Source: Cyanophora paradoxa CCMP329
Taxonomy: Eukaryota > Plantae > Glaucophyta
Length of the DNA: 64,000 nt
Assembly: GCA_004431415.1 (NCBI GenBank)
Contig: QPMI01000482.1
Coordinates: 372,001-436,000 of the forward strand
Reading direction: 5' to 3'
This document shows, piece by piece, positions 22,685 through 35,519 of the stretch. Under the pieces are notes generated by a model. That model was not told the origin of the DNA and did no database searches. It saw only the letters and a program-made list of their open reading frames with translations. How positions within the stretch are numbered: the first letter of the stretch is position 1; the number at the start of each line of letters is the position of its first letter. The position numbers and the translations under genes are program-made.

Positions 22685-23890
22685 ATGCGATTGCTCGCCG
22701 GTCAAACTTTCTTGCGTGTGTACCCGGGATTAGCAACCTGGCACCTGCCATTGAACCTGGCAGTGAAACCTGGCAGTGAAACCCGCTCGCAAACCGCGCC
22801 GTCGCCTCGAAGCTTGGCCATTCTTAAGCCTTTGCACACGCCCGCAAAACGATTTGCGTCAGCTTTCACGCAGACGCCTGCACGGCCTCTGCGCCGTGCT
22901 CGCCGCCGGCCGCGCCCTGGCGAGGCGCCTTACACCGGTATCGCCGTCTTCGGTCCGCCTTCCGCCGCCGCCGCCCTTCCCGCCCCACCGCCGTAGCGGC
23001 CTGGCGCGCTCACGCGGCCGCGCGGCGCCGGCAGTTGCAGAGGGGCTCGAGGGCGGCAGCGACACGGTCGGCGCGGGGCGCAGGCGGCGGCGGACGCGCT
23101 GGCGGACGCCGTGGCGCCGCCGGCGGGCGAGTACGCGGCGGGCGAGGGCGAGTGGTGGACGGGCGGCGCGGCGGCGCGGCGCGCGCACGACGAGCGGCTC
23201 GCGATGGCGCGCCCCGCTCCCCTCCCGCGCCGGCGCTCGGGGGCGCGGCTGACGCGGCCGCGGCCCGCAGGACGTGTGGAACGCGGACAAGGAGACGCAG
23301 ATGCGCGCGAGGCAACGCCCCGCCCCGCCCGACGCAGGTGGGCCCCAGCCCCGCGCGCTCCTCCCGCTCCCTGAGGCCGCGGCAGGCGACTGCGCGGCGA
23401 GGATGACCGAGTTCGCGGACTGGCTTCGGAGCGACGCGCCCGAGGGCCGCGGCGCCTTCCGCCCTGCCGCCCCCGAGGGCGCCGCTGCGAATGGCGCGCC
23501 GGAGGCCGGCACGGCCGCGTCGGTCGGGGCGGGCCTGCTCGCTGCTTACGACGCCCAGATCCTCAAGGCGCGCCCCGGGGCCCCGCTGGCGGTGCCCTCC
23601 CGCCCTGACGGGCGCCGGGGCGGGTGCGTAGGACCTGGAGCTGTGGCGGGCGGAGGCGTACGACGGCTTCCCGATGCACCTCGCGCGCGACATCGCCGGC
23701 CTCGCCTCCTCCATCAAGGTCCCGCCGGCCCCGCCCCGGCCCCCGCCCGCTGCCTCCGCCCCCCGCGCTCTTTGCGAGCGGGGGCGCAGGCAGCGGGGGA
23801 CGGGGCCGGCCCGGAGCACCGGGACCCGCACGAGTTCCTGCGCGACTACCTCCGCTACGTCCTCCAGCCGGCGCGCCGCCCCCGCGCCCC
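22685..23890 (+). pseudogene. 3'-truncated copy 2 of the hypothetical gene
   Basis: Cut by the 2.28-kb deletion at 23890. Confidence 0.6.
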
Positions 23891-23902
23891 TGCTGGGCCT
23901 AG

Positions 23903-26603
23903 TTAAACGGCGGCGGCGATCTCGGGCTGCTGGGGGGCGGCGGCGACGCTGACGGCGACGGGGGCGGCGCCCATGGGGACGCGGTCGTAGTTGTAGGCGA
24001 CAGGGGCCTTGCCGAGCTCGACGTCGGCGTCGGCGCCCTTGGCGACGTAGTTCTCCTCGTTGGCGCCCTCGGAGGAGGCCTCGCCGTCGAGCTCGCCCTC
24101 GCCCTCCTGCTCGACGCGGGAGAGGGAGCGGGCGTAGCTCCACGAGGAGAGGGTGAAGCCGCCGCAGATCGCCAGGTTGAGGAAGAGCGAGATGCTCAGC
24201 AGCGTGATCGACGCGATGTACGTCCCTGCGCGGCCAACGCGCTCAGTTCGACCGGGGAGGGCAGGCTGGGACGGCGAGGGCGGGTGGGCATGCGCACCGA
24301 TCTTGTAGGAGACGCAGAAGGACCAGTCCCAGACGAGCATCCAGTAGAAGAAGCGCTGCACGCCCCCGGGCGCGTCCTCGTAGCCCTGCCCGAACGCGTC
24401 GGGGGGGCGAGGGGAAGAGGGCGGGGCGGGGGCCAGTGGGGGGCCCGACCTCGGCGAGGTCGGCGATGTTGAGGGCCATGGTGATGAGGAAGGAGACGAG
24501 GGCGCCCCCGAAGACGACCCACGCCACCACCCGCGTCGCGTGCTTCGAGAAGGTCCGCATCGTCGCCGGGAAGATCGAGAGCGCCCACGGCAGCAGCGCC
24601 AGCGTCGTCACCGCCAGCCACAGCGCGCACACCAGCTCCCCGTTCCAGCTGCCCCCGCTCCGTTCAGGCGGGGGCGGCGGGAGCTGGGGATGGACTGGGG
24701 GGGCGGGGGCACCTCTTCATGCGCTCGTCGCCGCCGCCGCAGACGATGAGGCCGACGATGACGTTGCACCAGATGTACAGGCCCCAGTAGAACGTGCGCC
24801 TTCGGATTCGAGCGCGCGTCAGCTCGAGCCCGGATGCATAGCACAGGGCAGCGCGACGCGATTGCAAGGGCGCACTTGCGGCCGCTGCGGGCGGTGTCCT
24901 TGTCGAAGATCTCGTCGCGGTAGACGTAAAGGTAGAAGCCGCCGAGGATCGCCCAGTAGCCGAAGTACGCGATGAACTGGCGAAAATCAAGGCGATGTCA
25001 GCGACGAGTTGCGGGGCGGGGGCCGGCGGGGCGGGGTCGGACCTCGAGGAAGGTGGGCGAGTCGGTGTAGCCGAAGAGGTACCGCAGCATCGTGAAGAAG
25101 CCGTTGTTCTTCTTGTGCGCCGCCCAGCTGCCCGGGGGGAGAGCGCCGGTCAGGCCGCCGCCCGCCGTTGCGTGCGATCATATTATAGAGCGGCGCGCGC
25201 GCACGAGATGTCCAGAGCTTCTGGTTCCACCAGGGCTTGGCGGTGACGGGCAGGCCGGCGCCCTTGTTGTCGTAGAGGCCGAACCAGTCGGCCTCCTGCA
25301 GCTCGCTGCGGGGGCGCGCGTGAGCTCGAGGGCGCGGGGCGGCTCGGGGAGGAGGCTGCGGGGCGCACTGGAAGGCGCGGGAGGAGAGGCCGGCGGCGAA
25401 GAGCATGAGGAGGGCGTTGGACCAGAAGAAGAACTGGCGGATGTTGAGCTTGAGCGAGCCCCGGAAGAAGAAGTACGCTGCCCCCGCCCCCGCTCAGCGC
25501 CCCGCGTCGCCATCGCGATCGGAGGGGGCGGGGCGATCGCGACGCACAGACGACGCAGGCGGCGAGGATGCCGCATATGCCGGGGAGGGGAACGCGCTTC
25601 GGGTCGTCGGCGTCGGAGCCTCCGATGACGAGCAGCACGATCTCGATGCCCTCCTTGACCACTTGCAGGAAGGCCAGCGAGATCATCGACCACCGCTGCC
25701 GCGCGCGACGAGCCAGTCAGAAGCTGTGGAGTAACAGGAGGCAGAATGTGTTTCAATCCAATTAAAAGGCAAGCACCGCCAGCGAGATCATCGACCACCG
25801 CTGCCGCGCGCGACGAGCCAGTCAGAAGCTGTGGAGTAACAGGAGGCAGAATGTGTTTCAATCCAATTAAAAGGCAAGCACCGAATTCTTATCGAGGGCG
25901 ACGGTGACGGCTTTGGCCATCTCGGCGGCGAGGTTTCGGGCGTTCTTCATCGACCAGAGGATCATGTACGAGACGAAGACCATGGCGATGAGGAAGGTGA
26001 TCCCCTCGAAGACTGCGGGGTCCCTCGGCGTGAGGCGGGGGGGCGATCGCGACCGACGCCAAGGGGGGACGCACCGTACGCGTTCTTGCCGGCGAAGAGC
26101 TGCTGGTTCTGCTGGTACTTGAGCACGCCGAACGCTATTCCTATAATTATTGAGACTGCGACTCCTAACCCCGTCCCGATCCATACGTCGCGCTTGTATT
26201 TCTGCGCGCACACCCGCGTCAGAATCGGCCAGAGGTGGAAGGCGTCGCGCGGCAGAAGGAAAGATCAAGGTAATGTAAAGCAGCGCGGCTCGCCTGGTTC
26301 CCGGTCTTCTCAAGGTGGCCGAGGAGGATACCGACGACGAGGCAGATTTCTGCGAGCGGGGTCGTCGGCGGCCTGGATTCGAAGAAGCGGACGGAAGCAC
26401 GTGCACGCGGCCGCAAGCTCCAACGAGCCGGCCGCGGGCGTCTGCTATTCAAATGCGAACGCGCTCACCGGCCGTCTCTCTCTATTCGACGAGGAGGGCG
26501 GCGATCAGCGACGGAAGAATCGCGGGCGTCGAGGACGGGGGCGGCACGGGCGCAAACGTACAAGGGCGATGAAGAACGCCGCGACACTGAAGACGGAACC
26601 CAT
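23903..26603 (-). CDS. FTR1: FTR1-family iron permease (copy 2; 3' flank deleted)
   Basis: Duplicate of copy 1, including the 105-bp duplication; only 12 bp of the original downstream sequence remains. Confidence 0.88.
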
Positions 26604-27532
26604 CGTTCGAGTCGCGGACTGAGGCGAGCGATGCGCGGCCTTCTCCGATGCGAACTACGTCGTTCGCGTGCGTATAAATGACTACGCGCTTGCGCCGCCG
26701 ACCCGCTGCTGATGCTCACGCGCTGGTGCGAATGCTCGCCGCCTTGCTTTCTGCGCTCCTATAACTGCCGCTGGATTCCCTAAGATCTGCTCCGGGATCC
26801 TTGATATCGATAAGCCTTGCATGATCGTGAAGATCTAGATCAACTTGTGGCTAGAGCACAAAAAGGCACGCGCCCAGAAGGAAGGGATTGGCCGCTGGCA
26901 CGCGCTCGCGGCCGGTGACCCGCCGGTCCGCGCGGCGCGCGCCCACTCAATTGATCACAATGATGGATGTGCTCGCAGCCGATTTAACAACGATTCCACG
27001 GTCACTGACGGGCCAGTGACGGCTGCATGCATATATGACGGGCTCGAGCGAGAAGAAAAAGGCACACGCCAGCTCGCCCCCCCTGGCGCACGCCCGCTCG
27101 CCCCCCCGCCTCCTTTTTCTGCGAGGGGGGTACGTATATATATATATATAGACGGACTTGAGCGCCGCGCGCTAGCGCTTGTAATTGCCGCTTTAGGCCC
27201 AGACTCCGCCCAGTGCTCGCTTGCCCAGTGCTTGCGCACATGCGCATGCGCGTGCGTTCGTGCGCTACCGGGCGCTTCGTGCGGAAGCGACTTCATGATC
27301 CGCTCTCGCCGCGCCTTGCTCTCCGCTTCATGATAAGCTCGCCGAGCAGCGCATCGAAGCTGCGCGCGAGCCGCGGAGCGCGCGCGTGCTGCAGTGCGGC
27401 ACTGCCGCAGCGGACTCGGGAACTACAACGCTAGTGCCCGCGGCCCTCGGCCGGGAGCACGGACGAATTCGTCGCCTGTCGCCTGCATGCCGCAGCTGCA
27501 GTGGGCGTGCGGCCGCGCTCAGGGATGAAGGC

Positions 27533-29374
27533 CTAGGCGGGCAGGGATGTCCTTCTACAAGTGCTCGCTGAGGACAAGAGGGGGAGTCAGGTCGCGCGTG
27601 TGCAAGAGGAGAGGGCGTTGCGCGCCCCAAGAACGTCCGCGATCGTTTTCCGAAAGAAGCCCTCGGGCGCCGCCGCCTCCTCCGCGACATTCCCCGCCGC
27701 CTCCTCCCCCTCCTGAGACCCTCTCGTAAATGGGGGGCTGCGAGAGTGGAAACGGGGCGAACCTCCCCCGCCGCCTCTGCATCCTCCTCCTCGTCCGCCT
27801 CCGCCACCGCCACCTCCGCTCTGTATTTTAGGTCCCTGGCTGCCGCCGCCGCCTGCCTGCTCGCTGCTGGCGCCGCTTGCGAGTTCGCCGTCGCATCCGG
27901 ACACTCCGCTAGCGCTTTGCGTTTCCGGCCCGTGCAGCTAGCCGGAGACGCGGCTTCGCGCTTCCGGCCCCTTGCTGCCGGCCCTGCATGCGGGCTCGCT
28001 GCCGGCGACGCCGCTGCCGAGGAGGGGCTGCTGCTGCTGCTGCTGCTGCTGCTGCCGCCGCCGCCTCCGCTCTGAAGCACAGAGCGGCGGCTTCTTGTAC
28101 TCCGCCTCGGCGTCACGCTGCTGTCAGCAGCGGCCGCCGGCTGGGACGAAGGCTCGCTGCTTGCGCTGCCGCGGGGCTGCGGATCCGCCGGCTGCGGCGG
28201 GGGCGCTGGCGCTAGCTGGGGCTCCTGCTCGTCGTCGCTGTCGAGCGCAATGAACTGCACATCCAGTGACGGACGCGGCTCAACGGATGATGCGCGTTCT
28301 GCAGCTGGAGGCGGCCGGGGAGGGCACCGGAATCGCAGGAGACGAAGCCTGGGTCGCAGACGCTCCTGGGGCAATGGCGCGGGCGCCGCGGCGTGGCTTG
28401 CAATTGATGACTGGAAACAATAAACCGATCCAGCTCAGCATTAGGAAGCAGGTTCGGGGAGCCCCGGCCCCGGGCGGCAAGACAGACGCGCGAACCGAGC
28501 CAGTTGTGGAGGCGCTGGTAGAATTCGGAGGCGCCGGTACTCCCGCGGCCGGCGCCGTCGCTTCCGCGGGCGCAAGAGAGCTGCTGCCGCGCGGCGCCGG
28601 TGCCGGCTGCAGCTGTCCGCCGGCCGCGGCCGTGGCCGCCGATGGCGGGCGCCGGCTGCAGCTGGCCATGGAGCAGAGCTTCAGCGCATCGAAAGCGCGC
28701 GCGAGCGCCGGGACGCGAAGACGGCACCCGAGGATCTTGATGACTGCCGCCCGCACCGCCTCCGAAATCTGCGTCCGGTCGCGGCTTCATGTTGAGCGCT
28801 AGCGCGGGAAGTCGCTCGAGCTCGCGATCGACGCGACCGAGTGGCGGAGAGCACCTGTCCGAATTCGAGCAGCGCCTCCTTCGTTACCGCGGCCAGCGAG
28901 GGATGCCGCCCTAGCAACCTCATGGCGGCCTGCGCCGCATCCGATGAAAGGAACGCGCTCCAGCTGCAGTGCGCTCCAAGCTCCATCGGGTTCGTGTGCC
29001 CACTAAAGCATGAGCAGTCATGATTCAGCGCATCGGCCGCGGCGTGCGAAGCGCGAGCGCCGGCCGCGGCACCGCGAAGACCGCACCTGAGGAGAGTGAT
29101 GAATGCAGCGCGCACCGCCTCCGAACTCTGCGTACGGTCGCGGCTTCCTGATAAGCGCGGGAAATCGCTCGATCTCTAAGCGTAAAGCTGCAGGCGGCGA
29201 CGAGAGCACCTGCCCGAATTCGAGCAGCGCCTCCTTCGTTGCCGCGGTCAGCGAGGGATGCCGCCGCAGCGACCCCGTGGCGTCCTGCGCGGCATCCGAT
29301 AGAAGGCCAGTCCGCTCCCAGTCGGCGAGTCTGAGCTCAAGTCCGCTCCACTGGCCAGTCGCGTCAAGCTCCAT
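27533..29374 (-). pseudogene. Chimeric 3'-truncated paralog B (unit 3)
   Basis: Same junction structure as 18180-20025. Confidence 0.55.
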
Positions 29375-29698
29375 CGCGTTAGCGATCGTGTGCGACTGAG
29401 CGCTCGGGCTGCCGCTGCTCCGGACCTGTGGTCGGTCACGGGTACAGCGGCAGCGCTGATCCACCCCCCACTCCCCCTTCCCCCCCCTTTTTTTCCCCAA
29501 AAAGCTAGGCCTCCGATCGCGATCCGGTCCCCGGCCTACAAGAGCGAAGCCCCGGCCTCCCTCAATACTCATTCAAACAAGAGCGAAGCCAGCGTTGAAA
29601 TCGGCCGGCGCCTTGACAAAGAGCGTTCAATTCGAATTCGGACAAGAGCGAAGCCAGGCGATGGCGAATTACATTACGCGGGGCGCGCGGCGCGCCGC

Positions 29699-31958
29699 CT
29701 AGTGGAGCCGGCAGCCGGGGCGGCCTGCTTCGAGCCGGCGCCGGCGGCGGGTGCCCCCGAGGCGGTGTGCTGCTCTAGCCGCTGCAGGTCGACCACTTGC
29801 CGCGCGTTGCCCGACGCCATGAGCCACTCCTGCGCTCAAGAGTGAACGATGAAGAAAAGGGAAAGCGGTTCCGGCCGGGTTCAAACCCGGAAGTGCTCGA
29901 GGATCGTTGACCGCAGCTGCGACTGCTGCTCGTGCGAGAGAGACGCGTCGCGCACCGCCTGCGGGGGTACGGAATCGTCAGGGCGGGGGTCAGCTGCGGT
30001 GGGGGGTATCCCACGCGCCTGGCGGACGGCCTTGACTGCCTGGGTACGCTGCTGAACGGCCTCCTGGTATTCGGGGGGCAGGGGGCAGGGGTTGGTCCTG
30101 CGGGGGTACCGTCAGACGTGACGGAGACGGGTTGACGGGTCACGACGCACTTTGTGACGGGGGTACCGGGGGATACGGTGCCCGCCCCCGCGGCGTCGCC
30201 AGAGGAGGCCACGTTGTCCTACGCGGGCGAGAGGGCGTGATAAGGGTCGGGGAGGGGGCGGAGCGTGGGGGGTACGGGCGGGCCTGCTTGAAGGGTACGA
30301 CGAACTCGACGAACTGGTCCGGGGAGGTGAGGCTCACGGAGCGCTGCGAGGCGGGGTCCGAGCCCGGCGCGCAGGCTGCGGGCGGGGGCTCGAGTGCGGG
30401 CGGGCGGGCGGGTGCAGGGGGGGGCGGCGCTCGCACGGGAGAGGAGGTTGGGCCAGTCGAGGACGTGCGGGGTGCGCCAGCCGGCGGCGCAGGCCTGCGG
30501 CTCGAGCCCGGCGCGCTGCATGTGCCCGCCCAGCGCCGGGTAGTGCGTGCTGAAGGGCCCGAAGAAGATGGAGCGCGAGTCGCCCCAGGTGAGGGGCGGC
30601 GCCGGCGTCCCCGCGCTCAGCGCGCAGTCCAGGCAGTTGCTCACTCGCACTTGCCTGCAGCCGCTCGGCGCGTCAGCGCGAGCGGGGCAGTCGACTCAAG
30701 ACGCGAGGGAGGGGCCGCGCCGTGCGACGGCGATGCAGCGGATGCGCTCGCAGTGCTCGACGCTGAGGACGCGGGAGACGGGGCCCAGCACGACGGTGCA
30801 GTCCGTGCAGCCCATGATCGTCACCAGCGGCACCGGCCCCAGCAGGTAGATGTACGTGTCCTGCGCCGTGCGCGTGGGCCGGGGTGGGCCGGGGCCGAGG
30901 GCGGCGGGAGGGTACGGGAGGGCGGGGGCACCTGGCAGCCGAAGATGCGGACCTCCAGCACTCCCTTGAGGTCGCCCTCGGAGCGCACGATGGTCGTCTT
31001 GTGCCCGTTTGCGACGGTGGCGACGAGGGGCCTGCGCCGGCTCGCTCGCGCGCGCGGGGCGGGGCGGGGGCGAAGGGGGCGCACGAGGGGTTCGAGGGGG
31101 AGGCGTGGGCGGGGAGCGGGGCCGGCGAGGGGTACTCGTGGTCGATGAGCCGCGCGGAGAGCCACGCGGAGAGCTCGGAGGCGGGGGCACGGTTGGCGGG
31201 AGGGGCGAAGAGGGGGCAGAGGTCGGAGAGGCGGCGGGGGGCGGGACTGGAGGCGGGTACGAGGAGGAAGGCGAGGCGGTCGAACTGCTCGGCGGCGACC
31301 TCGAAGTTGAGGCCGGTGTCGAGCTTGCCAGGCGCGGCGAGGCCCGGGCGCGCGCCCGCGACCGCGCGGAGCAGCTCGTCGATGTGCTGCCGGACGGCCG
31401 CCGCATTCTTCAGTTGCCGCTGCACGGGCCACTTGCCCTGCTGCACCATCGACTTCGTCACCGGCGAGAGGCACGGGAAGGACTCGGCGCGATCGACGTG
31501 GATCTCCAGGGGCGGGTGCGAGGGCCAGACGTCGCCATGCCGAGCTTGGAGCGCGAGGAAGGCGAGAGCGGCTGCTGCAGCGAGCTTCTCCGATTGAAGC
31601 TGTACTGGATGCTGAGGAAGGCGGCGAACTCGCGCGCGTCCACCGTCTGCGAGCCGCCGAGCGGGTGCGGCCACGCCGCAGGGTCGGTGAAAAGGTCGCC
31701 GGAGGCCACCAGCTGGAATGCGCCGAAGAGCAACCTTGCGGGCGCCTCGCCGAGCGACAAGCCCTCCGCCGCCGCCTTAAGCCAGCCCGCGATGTCAAGC
31801 TTGTGCGAGGTGGGCGCTGCTTTCTCGCACAGCTTCGCGAGGAACTTCGCCAGGTCCGGCGCGGTGATCGAGGGGCTCACGGGCAGCATGCCGTAGTCCA
31901 GCACCTGGCTGCGGACCGCGAGGCCCTGTCCCGCCACAACGCCGCTGGAGGCGGCCAT
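29699..31958 (-). CDS. TBCCD1: TBCCD1 (copy 3)
   Basis: Duplicate of 8421-10678 apart from homopolymer indels. Confidence 0.82.
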
Positions 31959-32033
31959 CGCCGGCTCAAGCGAGCGCAGCTGCGCTTTCGCAGCGCTCCG
32001 CGGCGATTGCTCTCGCGCCAGCGTGCCTGCGGA

Positions 32034-34614
32034 ATGCGATTGCTCGCCGGTCAAACTTTCTTGCGTGTGTACCCGGGATTAGCAACCTGGCACCTGCCAT
32101 TGAACCTGGCAGTGAAACCTGGCAGTGAAACCCGCTCGCAAACCGCGCCGTCGCCTCGAAGCTTGGCCATTCTTAAGCCTTTGCACACGCCCGCAAAACG
32201 ATTTGCGTCAGCTTTCACGCAGACGCCTGCACGGCCTCTGCGCCGTGCTCGCCGCCGGCCGCGCCCCTGGCGAGGCGCCTTACACCGGTATCGCCGTCTT
32301 CGGTCCGCCTTCCGCCGCCGCCGCCCCTTCCCGCCCCACCGCCGTAGCGGCCTGGCGCGCTCACGCGGCCGCGCGGCGCCGGCAGTTGCAGAGGGGCTCG
32401 AGGGCGGCAGCGACACGGTCGGCGCGGGGCGCAGGCGGCGGCGGACGCGCTGGCGGACGCCGTGGCGCCGCCGGCGGGCGAGTACGCGGCGGGCGAGGGC
32501 GAGTGGTGGACGGGCGGCGCGGCGGCGCGGCGCGCGCACGACGAGCGGCTCGCGATGGCGCGCCCCGCTCCCCTCCCGCGCCGGCGCTCGGGGGGCGCGG
32601 CTGACGCGGCCGCGGCCCGCAGGACGTGTGGAACGCGGACAAGGAGACGCAGATGCGCGCGAGGCAACGCCCCGCCCCGCCCGACGCAGGTGGGCCCCAG
32701 CCCCGCGCGCTCCTCCCGCTCCCTGAGGCCGCGGCAGGCGACTGCGCGGCGAGGATGACCGAGTTCGCGGACTGGCTTCGGAGCGACGCGCCCGAGGGCC
32801 GCGGCGCCTTCCGCCCTGCCGCCCCCGAGGGCGCCGCTGCGAATGGCGCGCCGGAGGCCGGCACGGCCGCGTCGGTCGGGGCGGGCCTGCTCGCTGCTTA
32901 CGACGCCCAGATCCTCAAGGCGCGCCCCGGGGCCCCGCTGGCGGTGCCCTCCCGCCCTGACGGGCGCCGGGGCGGGTGCGTAGGACCTGGAGCTGTGGCG
33001 GGCGGAGGCGTACGACGGCTTCCCGATGCACCTCGCGCGCGACATCGCCGGCCTCGCCTCCTCCATCAAGGTCCCGCCGGCCCCGCCCCGGCCCCCGCCC
33101 GCTGCCTCCGCCCCCCGCGCTCTTTGCGAGCGGGGGCGCAGGCAGCGGGGACGGGCCGGCCCGGAGCACCGGGACCCGCACGAGTTCCTGCGCGACTACC
33201 TCCGCTACGTCCTCCAGCCGGCGCGCCGCCCCGCGCCCCGCGCCCGTCCCGGCGCCCCCGCTGACCGCCCGCAGGCGTACCAGTCGGCGCTGGCCAAGGC
33301 GGCGGGGGGCCGCTGCCACCCGACCCCGCCCGGCAGGCCGCCGAGCTCGCGGCGATCCACAGGTCCGCCGGGCGCGGCGCGGCGGGGCGGGGCGCGGGCG
33401 GGGCGCCCGAGCCTCGCTGCGCGCAGGATCGCGGAGGCGCTGGCTGGCCACAACAGCGCGGACCCCAATACGGAGGACGCGCGCGGTGCGCGGCCCTGCG
33501 CCTCCGGCCCCGCGCCGCGCCGCGCGGGGCGGGGCGGGCGGTGAGGGGCGGCGGGCGGGCAGGGGCGCGGGGGCGGTGCTGGAGGCGATGGAGGCGCTGG
33601 CGGACGCGGTGGACCCGCCGGCGCACGTGCCCCGCAGCGACCAGCGCCGCATGGACGAGCGCCTCCTCGACGTGCCCGCCGCCCCCGGCTCGCTCGCTCG
33701 GCGCGGCGCGTCGGACGCGCGGGCGCAGGCGGTGGACGAGGCGATCGAGGAGGCGAAGGACGGCGTGGGCCCCGCGATGGACGCCGCGATGGCGGAGCTC
33801 GCCGCGGCGGCCGAGGCGCGCGCCGAGGCCGCCCTCGGGCGCGAGCTCGCCCCCGGGAGCGCCCCGGCATGCTCCTCGCCGCCATCGTCGAGGCCCGCCC
33901 GCCCCGCACCGCCCCGCCCCGCCTGCCCCGGCCTCTGACCGCCCCGCAGGCGTTCGACAACCCCGTCTCCCCCGTGCACCGCATCGTGCTCACCAACGAG
34001 GGCGGGGAGGAGGCGGACGCGGCGACGCGGGTGCGGCCGCCGGCAGCGGGCCGCCCGGGCCGCTGACGGGGCGGGGGGCAGCTGGAGGAGCTGCGGAACA
34101 AGATTCCGCTCGTGCTGCAGGCAGCGGAGGGGGACGAGGACAGCGCCCTGCGCCTCATGCTCTTCCTCGCCGTCCACGTGCCCGCCCCCGGCGCCCCGCC
34201 CCCGCGCGCCCCGGCGCGAGCCCGCCGGCAGCGGCTGCCGGAGGGGGCGTTCGGGCGGTGGGGCCGGGCTGGTCCGCGAGGCGTCCTTCTGGACGAACGC
34301 GAGCGGCAAGGCCGGGGTGCGCGGCGCCGGCCGCCTCGGGGCGCGGGGGCTCGACGCGGCCGACGCGGCGGGCGCAGGAGATGGAGACGAAGGAGAGCCT
34401 CGAGGGCGCCGCCGTCGCCCTCGGCGCCGACGAGGCCCGCCCCGCCCCGCCCCGCCCCGCCCGGGCACCGCAGCTCCAATGAGACGGTACCCCGCAGGTG
34501 GGGGAGGACGAGCTGCTGGGCGGCCTGGAGCCCTCGGGCGAGGACCAGCTCGGCGGCGGCGGCCTCGAGGGGACGCCCCTCACCGGCTCCGGCATGCCCC
34601 TCGGTCTCTTGTAG
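32034..34614 (+). CDS. Hypothetical protein (copy 3; start uncertain)
   Basis: Duplicate of 10754-13349. Confidence 0.55.
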
Positions 34615-35519
34615 TGCGCCCCCTCCAACCGCCCCGCTATTTCGTCACGCTATCCGCTCTCTGCTTCGCCACGGTATTTCTGTATGCAGCTGCGTAGTTG
34701 TATACTTTTCGAATCCAGGATGTCAAAATTATTACTAGTTCTCCAAAAGAGCCCGCTGAGCTACGCCTCGGGCCCCGCGCGGTGCTCCAGAGCGAAGCCG
34801 GCCATGCTCAGCTCGCCGCGGCCGCCGGACCCGTCGCTGCCGCCTCGGTCGACGTCCAGCGCGAAGTTCGTCACGCGCCTGCCGGGCTGATTGAGCCCCC
34901 AGGCCCGGGCCTCGTTCTCATTGGGGCCATGCCCCATGGCCAGCTAGTTCCAGCACTCGGAAGATCGATATATCATGATCAGACGTCGACATGTTCGCCA
35001 GTCTGCATGGAACGCCGAATCGAAGCCCTACGTATACATGCAATTAAAAAAAATGCAAGCTAGTTTGGATGGGCCCCGATTTCGCCCCCCAAATGCCCGA
35101 CAGAGCTAGAGACGGCTGCGATGAATCGGATCCGGACGTTTTTAATTTCTTTTGATAAGTTGATTGTGAAGCTTCAAAGATTTTCACATCACTCAAGAGT
35201 CTGCACATGTACATTAAACTACAAGGGATCGATTCATCACGGCGAGCACGTTAAGTATATCGATATCGTGCCGGCCGCTGCCACTTTCTGTAACTTACTA
35301 AAGAAAAGCTGCCCGGTCTACATACACAGGTTGATATGGAAAATATTTTATGGTGTCTATAGCTAACAGGCCTGCGATCAGTGGAAAATCAGGCCAACGG
35401 CTATAGCTATATATAGCTATAGCTAGGGCATCATGTCATACCTTCATGAATGCTCCTTAATATCTAATAGCTAGAAAGGTAACTAAGTGGAGCATTTCGT
35501 GACAGGCTGCTGGGCCTAG

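Larger units (their letters stand above)
18215..27567. repeat. Tandem segmental amplification, unit 2 (9,353 bp; internal deletion of about 2.28 kb)
   Basis: Junction at 23890/23891 (cccgcgcccc|tgctgggcctag) joins the equivalents of 11958 and 14241. Confidence 0.97.
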
